Shown one piece after another: positions 1 to 8,500 of a stretch of DNA of 28,028 bases. Source of the stretch: Utricularia gibba (Eukaryota; Plantae; Magnoliophyta). Numbering within the stretch: position 1 is the first letter of the stretch; the number at the start of each line of letters is the position of its first letter. The stretch spans positions 1 to 28,028 of the forward strand of contig NEEC01000446.1 of the NCBI GenBank assembly GCA_002189035.1, given 5' to 3'. The position numbers and the translations under genes were made by a program. Below the pieces are notes generated by a model. That model saw only the letters and a list, made by a program, of their open reading frames with translations. It had not been told where the DNA came from and ran no database searches.

Positions 1-269
1 TATACGCTCGATCCGCATCATATCTTAGAATCGAATGCAAATAGAATCGTTCAAATAAAAATATACACTCGATTGGAATCTTAACCAAGGATCGAATGCT
101 AATTAAAATGATTAAAATAAAAATGCACACTCCATCCAAAGTATAACTAAGGGTCGAATGCTAATAAAATTAAAAACTAAGAAACTTTCACATGTAGTAT
201 GCTTTAATAACTAACGTATTTACATTATTTATATTTTAATAAACATATATCACATGATTATAAAAATAT

Positions 270-464
270 TTTTTTTGTCATTGTAGAAAGCTCATCACGC
301 CACGCACACCACCCTGGAGAGGTTTCAACAGCTGTTATGAACTCACAACCCCTTGCTCAGCAGATTCAGTAAAATTCTCTAACACTTGGGCTTCCAACGG
401 ATCATATCCCATATTCATTCATACGAAATTGTGCAAGAATAATGTGACTTTGAGTTTGAACTAG
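270..464 (+). pseudogene. Possible captured gene fragment (3' splice acceptor + exon-like sequence)
   Basis: TTTTTTTGTCATTGTAG (AG at 285-286) is followed by non-repetitive sequence of moderate GC. One frame gives SSSRHAHHPGEVSTAVMNSQPLAQQIQ* (289-372). Another gives a 58-codon Met-less stretch (288-464). I recognise no homology. Confidence 0.2.
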
Positions 465-524
465 ATAGTAGGACGCTGATCGAAGAATGGCCCATCGAGT
501 CTCTAAAATTGGCCGTCCTCGCTC

Positions 525-1380
525 AACAAATGTGGGGTGCACGTGACATCCCAATTTCAACAAATGCATCATGATTTTCGTCGAGTGGGCCCATGAGCCC
601 GTCCGAACCCGGGGCCCGGGCCAAGGGCCCTCGAGAGCGCCCGCCTCAATACGAGGAGGTGTTCCTTCAAAAACCATATACGCGTCTCGTCACAACCCAA
701 CGTTAATAAATGCATCACTTTTTTTGGCGCGCTACTGCTGACTTTGGGCCCGAGTTCGGCACGACCTCCGGCTCGATCAGGGTGCCCCCCGAGAGCTCCT
801 CCTTAAGTATAAAGTGTGTTGTTGAAAAAAACCGTGTGCGGTTCTCGTGACATCCTAACTTCAACAAATGCATCACGATTTTCGTCGAGTCGGACGGGAC
901 CGGTCCCGGGGCCCGGACGAGGCGCAGCGCCCGCTCCCTCCCCCCCAAAACTAGAAGGTGTTCCATGGAAAACCATTTAGGCGGCTCGTGACAACCCAAA
1001 GTTAATAAATGCATCACTTTCTTTGCCGGGCTACAATGACTTTACGCTCGAGCCTGGTACGACGTATGGGAAGATTCGAGTGCCCCCGAGAGCGTCTCCA
1101 CAAGTATAAAGCGTGTTGTTGAAAAAACCGTGTTGGGTGCACGTGACATCCTAATTTCAACAAATGTGTCACGATTTTCGCCGAGTGGGACCAGAGTGGG
1201 CTCATCAGCCAGACCGAACCCGGGGCCCAAGCCAAGGGCCCCTCGAGAGCGCCCCCACAAAACTAGATGGTGTTCCACGAAAAAAAATTAGGCGGCTCGT
1301 GATAACCCAACGCTAAGAAATGCATCCCTTTTTTCGCCGGGCTAAAACTGACTTTGGGCTCATGCCCGGCGCGACCCCCA
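525..1380. repeat. GC-rich satellite-like block: ~150-bp monomers in A/B ~300-bp dimers (A1 B1 A2 B2 A3 + truncated B3)
   Basis: The shared head CGT(G/C)A(C/T)A-CC-AA-(T/G)-T-AA-AAATG(C/T)(A/G)TC-like motif starts at 542, 688, 846, 987, 1142 and 1298 (lengths 146, 158, 141, 155, 156). A-type monomers share GATTTTCG(T/C)CGAGT and CCCGGGGCCC. B-type monomers share TGACTTT and, in B1/B2, AAGTATAAAG(T/C)GTGTTGTTGAAAAAA. Confidence 0.92.
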
Positions 1381-1469
1381 GCCCGTGTGCATACGCAGCA
1401 GCACCACGAGGCCACATGGGCTTGGTTAATGCCCGCGTGCTCGAGCAGCAGCCACAAGGCCATACGGCC
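1381..1469 (+). repeat. Diverged direct duplication with a 50-bp period
   Basis: GCCCGTGTGCATACGCAGCAGCACCACGAGGCCACATGGGC (1381-1421) resembles GCCCGCGTGCTCGAGCAGCAGCCACAAGGCCATACGGCC (1431-1469). Confidence 0.75.
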
Positions 1470-1471
1470 GT

Positions 1472-1530
1472 GGAAAAAAAGAAAAACAACCATAAAATAC
1501 AATAAGCCAAAAATAAAAAATAAAATTGAT
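1472..1530 (+). repeat. A-rich low-complexity tract
   Basis: GGAAAAAAAGAAAAACAACCATAAAATACAATAAGCCAAAAATAAAAAATAAAATTGAT is strongly A-biased. It is the source of the spurious Lys-rich and Phe-rich ORFs. Confidence 0.8.
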
Positions 1531-1687
1531 AAACCCTTGGTTCGGTTCGGGCCCAATCAAAACCCGTAGGGTTTAACCCGTTCGGGTTGAACAGAAAGAC
1601 AACCCCATGGGTCATGCAAACTGTAATACCCAGAATTTCATCGGGTTGGGTCCGAACCTGAATGGATCCAACCCAGGCCCATCTCTA
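1531..1687 (-). mobile_element. Putative solo terminus of a hAT (Ac/Ds-like) non-autonomous element
   Basis: GCCCATCTCTA (1677-1687) reads TAGAGATGGGC on the minus strand, a 7/8 match to the maize Ac/Ds TIR start TAGGGATG. The adjacent ~150 bp is dense in AACCC/GGGTT/GGTTCGG motifs typical of plant hAT subterminal regions. I found no partner TIR or 8-bp TSD in the unit. Confidence 0.45.
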
Positions 1688-1780
1688 ATCATAATCATAT
1701 GATATAGGTTTATTAAATTATAAATAATTGAAATACATTATTTATTAAACCGTAGGATAACTGTGAAAGCTTCTTTGACT

Positions 1781-2130
1781 TAATTATTACCATTTGATCC
1801 TCAGTTGTACTTTGGATGGAGTGTGTATTTTTACTTTAGTCAATTTAATTAGCATTCGATCCTTGGTTATGATTCAGATCATATTTGCTATTTTTTTACT
1901 TTAAATATTTTTATTATCATTCGATCCTTAAGTATAATGCGGATCGAGCGCGTATTTTTTATTTTAATATTTTTTATTAGCATTCGAACGTTAGGTATGC
2001 TGCGGATCGAGCGTATATTTTTTCACTCTCATATTTTTATTAGCCTTAGATCCTTAGGTATACTTTGGATCGAGTGCATATTCATTTATTTTAAATCTTA
2101 ATTAGCGTTCCACCGTTAGGAGCAATTTAG
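1781..2130 (+). repeat. Left-arm ~63-bp modular subrepeats (6 copies) of the foldback
   Basis: The motif TTATTAGCATTCGATCCTT-like recurs with CATT cores at ~1791, 1853, 1918, 1981, 2044 and 2106 (spacing 62-65 bp). Modules are separated by T-rich spacers. Confidence 0.85.
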
Positions 2131-2156
2131 AACGTGTATACATTACAATGCCATGC

Positions 2157-2194
2157 CACACGGGCGTGGTTTACGCACAACCCACGCCCGTGTG
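2157..2194. other. Perfect 13-bp GC-rich hairpin at the foldback centre
   Basis: CACACGGGCGTGG (2157-2169), a 12-nt loop TTTACGCACAAC, then CCACGCCCGTGTG (2182-2194). It is present in all 12 copies. Confidence 0.95.
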
Positions 2195-2219
2195 CCCTTG
2201 CAATGTAAACACGCTCCAC

Positions 2220-2500
2220 ATTGCTCCTAAGGATCGAGCGTTAACACAAGTTTCAAGTAAACCATCTCCACTCGATCCGAATCATGTCTAAAGACCGAAA
2301 GCCAATAAAAATATTAAAATAAAAAATATACGCTCGATCCGCATCATATCTTAGAATCGAATGCAAATAGAATCGTTCAAATAAAAAATATACACTCGAT
2401 TGGAATCTTAACCAAGGATCGAATGCTAATTAAATGATTAAAATAAAAAATGCACACTCCATCCAAAGTATAACTAAGGGTCGAATGCTAATAAAATTAA
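2220..2500 (-). repeat. Right-arm ~62-bp modular subrepeats (5 copies), inverted relative to the left arm
   Basis: GGATCGAATGC-like cores occur at ~2231, 2292, 2355, 2416 and 2478, separated by A-rich spacers. Confidence 0.8.
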
Positions 2501-5500
2501 AAACTAAGAAACTTTCACATGTAGTATATGCTTTAATAACTAACGTATTTACATTATTTATATTTTAATAAACATATATCACATGATTATAAAAATATTT
2601 TTTTTGTCATTGTAGAAAGCTCATCACGCCACGCACACCACCCTGGAGAGGTTTCAACAGCTGTTATGAACTCACAACCCCTTGCTCAGCAGATTCAGTA
2701 AAATTCTCTAACACTTGGGCTTCCAACGGATCATATCCCATATTCATTCATACGAAATTGTGCAAGAATAATGTGACTTTGAGTTTGAACTAGATAGTAG
2801 GACGCTGATCGAAGAATGGCCATCGAGTCTCTAAAATTGGCCGTCCTCGCTCAACAAATGTGGGGTGCACGTGACATCCCAATTTCAACAAATGCATCAT
2901 GATTTTCGTCGAGTGGCCCATGAGCCCGTCCGAACCCGGGGCCCGGGCCAAGGGCCCCTCGAGAGCGCCCGCCTCAATACGAGGAGGTGTTCCTTCAAAA
3001 ACCATATACGCGTCTCGTCACAACCCAACGTTAATAAATGCATCACTTTTTTTGCGCTACTGCTGACTTTGGGCCTGAGTTCGGCACGACCTCCGGCTCG
3101 ATCAGGGTGCCCCCCCGAGAGCTCCTCCTTAAGTATAAAGTGTGTTGTTGAAAAAAACCGTGTGCGGTTCTCGTGACATCCTAACTTCAACAAATGCATC
3201 ACGATTTTCGTCGAGTCGGACGGGACCGGGCTCCCGGGGCCCGGACGAGGCGCAGCGCCCGCTCCCCTCCCCCCCAAAACTAGAAGGTGTTCCATGGAAA
3301 ACCATTTAGGCGGCTCGTGACAACCCAAAGTTAATAAATGCATCACTTTCTTTGCCGGGCTACAATGACTTTACGCTCGAGCCTGGTACGACGTATGGGA
3401 AGATTCGAGTGCCCCCCGAGAGCGTCTCCACAAGTATAAAGCGTGTTGTTGAAAAAACCGTGTTGGGTGCACGTGACATCCTAATTTCAACAATGTGTCA
3501 CGATTTTCGCCGAGTGGGACCAGAGTGGGCTCATCAGCAGACCGAACCCGGGGCCCAAGCCAAGGGCCCCTCGAGAGCGCCCCCCCACAAAACTAGATGG
3601 TGTTCCACGAAAAAAAATTAGGCGGCTCGTGATAACCCAACGCTAAGAAATGCATCCCTTTTTTCGCCGGGCTAAAACTGACTTTGGGCTCATGCCCGGC
3701 GCGACCCCCAGCCCGTGTGCATACGCAGCAGCACCACGAGGCCACATGGCTTGGTTAATGCCCGCGTGCTCGAGCAGCAGCCACAAAGGCCATACGGCCG
3801 TGGAAAAAAAGAAAACAACCATAAAATACAATAAGCCAAAAATAAAAAATAAAATTGATAAACCCTTGGTTCGGTTCGGGCCCAATCAAAACCCGTAGGG
3901 TTTAACCCGTTCGGGTTGAACAGAAAGACAACCCCATGGGTCATGCAAACTGTAATACCCAGAATTTCATCGGGTTGGGTCCGAACCTGAATGGATCCAA
4001 CCCAGGCCCATCTCTAATCATAATCATATGATATAGGTTTATTAAATTATAAATAATTGAAATACATTATTTATTAAACCGTAGGATAACTGTGAAAGCT
4101 TCTTTGACTTAATTATTACCATTTGATCCTCAGTTGTACTTTGGATGGAGTGTGTATTTTTACTTTAGTCAATTTAATTAGCATTCGATCCTTGGTTATG
4201 ATTCAGATCATATTTGCTATTTTTTTACTTTAAATATTTTTATTATCATTCGATCCTTAAGTATAATGCGGATCGAGCGCGTATTTTTTATTTTAATATT
4301 TTTTATTAGCATTCGAACGTTAGGTATGCTGCGGATCGAGCGTATATTTTTCACTCTCATATTTTTATTAGCCTTAGATCCTTAGGTATACTTTGGATCG
4401 AGTGCATATTCATTTATTTTAAATCTTAATTAGCGTTCCACCGTTAGGAGCAATTTAGAACGTGTATACATTACAATGCCATGCCACACGGGCGTGGTTT
4501 ACGCACAACCCACGCCCGTGTGCCCTTGCAATGTAAACACGCTCCACATTGCTCCTAAGGATCGAGCGTTAACACAAGTTTCAAGTAAACCATCTCCACT
4601 CGATCGAATCATGTCTAAAGACCGAAAGCCAATAAAAATATTAAAATAAAAAATATACGCTCGATCCGCATCATATCTTAGAATCGAATGCAAATAGAAT
4701 CGTTCAAATAAAAAATATACACTCGATTGGAATCTAACCAAGGATCGAATGCTAATTAAAATGATTAAAATAAAAATGCACACTCCATCCAAAGTATAAC
4801 TAAGGGTCGAATGCTAATAAAATTAAAAACTAAGAAACTTTCACATGTAGTATATGCTTTAATAACTAACGTATTTACATTATTTATATTTTAAATAAAC
4901 ATATCACATGATTATAAAAATATTTTTTTTGTCATTGTAGAAAGCTCATCACGCCACGCACACCACCCTGGAGAGGTTTCAACAGCTGTTATGAACTCAC
5001 AACCCCTTGCTCAGCAGATTCAGTAAAATTCTCTAACACTTGGGCTTCCAACGGATCATATCCCATATTCATTCATACGAAATTGTGCAAGAATAATGTG
5101 ACTTTGAGTTTGAACTAGATAGTAGGACGCTGATCGAAGAATGGCCCATCGAGTCTCTAAAATTGGCCGTCCTCGCTCAACAAATGTGGGGTGCACGTGA
5201 CATCCCAATTTCAACAAATGCATCATGATTTTCGTCGAGTGGGCCCATGAGCCCGTCCGAACCCGGGGCCCGGGCCAAGGGCCCCTCGAGAGCGCCCGCC
5301 TCAATACGAGGAGGTGTTTCAAAAACCATATACGCGTCTCCAACGTTAATAAATGCATCACTTTTTTTGGCGCGCTACTGCTGACTTTGGGCCGAGTTCG
5401 GCACGACCTCCGGCTCGATCAGGGTGCCCCCGAGAGCTCCTCCTTAAGTATAAAGTGTGTTGTTGAAAAAAACCGTGTGCGGTTCTCGTGACATCCTAAC

Positions 5501-8500
5501 TTCAACAAATGCATCACGATTTTCGTCGAGTCGGACGGGACCGGGCTCCCGGGGCCCCGGACGAGGCGCAGCGCCCGCTCCCCTCCCCCCCAAAACTAGA
5601 AGGTGTTCCATGGAAAACCATTTAGGCGGCTCGTGACAACCCAAAGTTAATAAATGCATCACTTTCTTTGCCGGGCTACAATGACTTTACGCTCGAGCCT
5701 GGTACGACGTATGGGAAGATTCGAGTGCCCCCGAGAGCGTCTCCACAAGTATAAAGCGTGTTGTTGAAAAAACCGTGTTGGGTGCACGTGACATCCTAAT
5801 TTCAACAAATGTGTCACGATTTTCGCCGAGTGGGACCAGAGTGGGCTCATCAGCCAGACCGAACCCGGGGCCCAAGCCAAGGGCCCCTCGAGAGCGCCCC
5901 CCACAAAACTAGATGGTGTTCCACGAAAAAAAATTAGGCGGCTCGTGATAACCCAACGCTAAGAAATGCATCCCTTTTTTCGCCGGGCTAAAACTGACTT
6001 TGGGCTCATGCCCGGCGCGACCCCCAGCCCGTGTGCATACGCAGCAGCACCACGAGGCCACATGGGCTTGGTTAATGCCCGCGTGCTCGAGCAGCAGCCA
6101 CAAGGCCATACGGCCGTGGAAAAAAAGAAAAACAACCATAAAATACAATAAGCCAAAAATAAAAAATAAAATTGATAAACCCTTGGTTCGGTTCGGGCCC
6201 AATCAAAACCCGTAGGGTTTAACCGTTCGGGTTGAACAGAAAGACAACCCCATGGGTCATGCAAACTGTAATACCCAGAATTTCATCGGGTTGGGTCCGA
6301 ACCTGAATGGATCCAACCCAGGCCCATCTCTAATCATAATCATATGATATAGGTTTATTAAATTATAAATAATTGAAATACATTATTTATTAAACCGTAG
6401 GATAACTGTGAAAGCTTCTTTGACTTAATTATTACCATTTGATCCTCAGTTGTACTTTGGATGGAGTGTGTATTTTTACTTTAGTCAATTTAATTAGCAT
6501 TCGATCCTTGGTTATGATTCAGATCATATTTGCTATTTTTTTACTTTAAATATTTTTATTATCATTTCGATCCTTAAGTATAATGCGGATCGAGCGCGTA
6601 TTTTTTATTTTAATATTTTTATTAGCATTCGAACGTTAGGTATGCTGCGGATCGAGCGTATATTTTTCACTCTCATATTTTTATTAGCCTTAGATCCTTA
6701 GGTATACTTTGGATCGAGTGCATATTCATTTATTTTAAATCTTAATTAGCGTTCCACCGTTAGGAGCAATTTAGAACGTGTATACATTACAATGCCATGC
6801 CACACGGGCGTGGTTTACGCACAACCCACGCCCGTGTGCCCTTGCAATGTAAACACGCTCCACATTGCTCCTAAGGATCGAGCGTTAACACAAGTTTCAA
6901 GTAAACCATCTCCACTCGATCCGAATCATGTCTAAAGACCGAAAGCCAATAAAAATATTAAAATAAAAAATATACGCTCGATCCGCATCATATCTTAGAA
7001 TCGAATGCAAATAGAATCGTTCAAATAAAAAATACACTCGATTGGAATCTTAACCAAGGATCGAATGCTAATTAAAATGATTAAAATAAAAATGCACACT
7101 CCATCCAAAGTATAACTAAGGGTCGAATGCTAATAAAATTAAAAACTAAGAAACTTTCACATGTAGTATATGCTTTAATAACTAACGTATTTACATTATT
7201 TATATTTTAATAAACATATATCACATGATTATAAAAATATTTTTTTTGTCATTGTAGAAAGCTCATCACGCCACGCACACCACCCTGGAGAGGTTTCAAC
7301 AGCTGTTATGAACTCACAACCCCTTGCTCAGCAGATTCAGTAAAATTCTCTAACACTTGGGCTTCCAACGGATCATATCCCATATTCATTCATACGAAAT
7401 TGTGCAAGAATAATGTGACTTTGAGTTTGAACTAGATAGTAGGACGCTGATCGAAGAATGGCCCATCGAGTCTCTAAAATTGGCCGTCCTCGCTCAACAA
7501 ATGTGGGGTGCACGTGACATCCCAATTTCAACAAATGCATCATGATTTTCGTCGAGTGGGCCCATGAGCCCGTCCGAACCCGGGGCCCGGGCCAAGGGCC
7601 CCTCGAGAGCGCCCGCCTCAATACGAGGAGGTGTTCCTTCAAAAACCATATACGCGTCTCGTCACAACCCAACGTTAATAAATGCATCACTTTTTTTGGC
7701 GCGCTACTGCTGACTTTGGGCCTGAGTTCGGCACGACCTCCGGCCGATCAGGGTGCCCCCGAGAGCTCCTCCTTAAGTATAAAGTGTGTTGTTGAAAAAA
7801 ACCGTGTGCGGTTCTCGTGACATCCTAACTTCAAACAAATGCATCACACGATTTTCGTCGAGTCGGACGGGACCGGGCTCCCGGGGCCCGGACGAGGCGC
7901 AGCGCCCGCTCCCCTCCCCCCCAAAACTAGAAGGTGTTCCATGGAAAACCATTTAGGCGGCTCGTGACAACCCAAAGTTAATAAATGCATCACTTTCTTT
8001 GCCGGGCTACAATGACTTTACGCTCGAGCCTGGTACGACGTATGGGAAGATTCGAGTGCCCCCGAGAGCGTCTCCACAAGTATAAAGCGTGTTGTTGAAA
8101 AAACCGTGTTGGGTGCACGTGACATCCTAATTTCAACAAATGTGTCACGATTTTCGCCGAGTGGGACCAGAGTGGGCTCATCAGCCAGACCGAACCCGGG
8201 GCCCAGCCAAGGGCCCCTCGAGAGCGCCCCCCCACAAAACTAGATGGTGTTCCACGAAAAAAAATTAGGCGGCTCGTGATAACCCAACGCTAAGAAATGC
8301 ATCCCTTTTTTCGCCGGGCTAAAACTGACTTTGGGCTCATGCCCGGCGCGACCCCCAGCCCGTGTGCATACGCAGCAGCACCACGAGGCCACATGGGCTT
8401 GGTTAATGCCCGCGTGCTCGAGCAGCAGCCACAAGGCCATACGGCCGTGGAAAAAAAGAAAAACAACCATAAAATACAATAAGCCAAAAATAAAAAATAA

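Larger units (their letters stand above)
1691..2590. mobile_element. ~900-bp AT-rich imperfect inverted repeat (foldback/MITE-like non-autonomous element); one per unit, spanning the arbitrary unit boundary
   Basis: The left arm ATAATCATATGATATAGGTTTATTAAATTATAAATAA (from 1691) matches the reverse complement of the right arm ending CACATGATTAT (2590). TACTTTGGATGGAGTGTG and TTAATTAGCATTCGATCCTTGGTT on the left match CACACTCCATCCAAAGTA and AACCAAGGATCGAATGCTAATTAA on the right. TAGGAGCAAT (2117-2126) pairs with ATTGCTCCTA (2220-2229). The inverted repeat is directly seen. The transposon interpretation is inferred, since no TSD or ORF was found. Confidence 0.7.

Noticed and set aside
277-1040. 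10-bp inverted match GTCATTGTAG (277-286) / CTACAATGAC (1031-1040), and 10-bp direct match GCCCGTGTGC (1381-1390 / 2186-2195)
   Set aside because: Several 10-bp matches are expected by chance within a 2.3-kb unit, and neither extends.
1236-1266. Helitron 3' end (GC hairpin followed by CTAG)
   Set aside because: The hairpin is weak, CTAG is followed by A rather than the T of an AT target, and the motif is simply part of the A-type monomer (similar at ~950).
1567-1574. Telomere-like TAGGGTTT
   Set aside because: It is a single unit inside the AACCC/GGGTT-rich region, not a tandem telomeric tract.
1781-2130. CRISPR-like array (palindromic repeats at regular spacing)
   Set aside because: The repeats are degenerate, the spacers are homologous low-complexity T tracts rather than unique sequences, and there are no cas genes.
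1-2326. 5S or 45S rDNA unit, or an snRNA/tRNA tandem array
   Set aside because: I found no 5S, 18S, 5.8S or 25S sequence, no tRNA cloverleaf with A/B boxes, and no plant Pol I start motif (TATA(G)TA-GGGG). CCCCACATTTG (minus strand, ~528-538) only partly resembles the snRNA USE RTCCCACATCG.
1-2326. Circular ssDNA virus or plasmid concatemer (2.3 kb is CRESS-like in size)
   Set aside because: There is no Rep or capsid ORF and no TAATATTAC/TAGTATTAC nonanucleotide in a stem-loop.
1680-2600. Target-site duplication flanking the foldback
   Set aside because: The flanks CATCTCTAATC and AAAAATATTTT share no direct repeat, so the superfamily cannot be assigned from this window.
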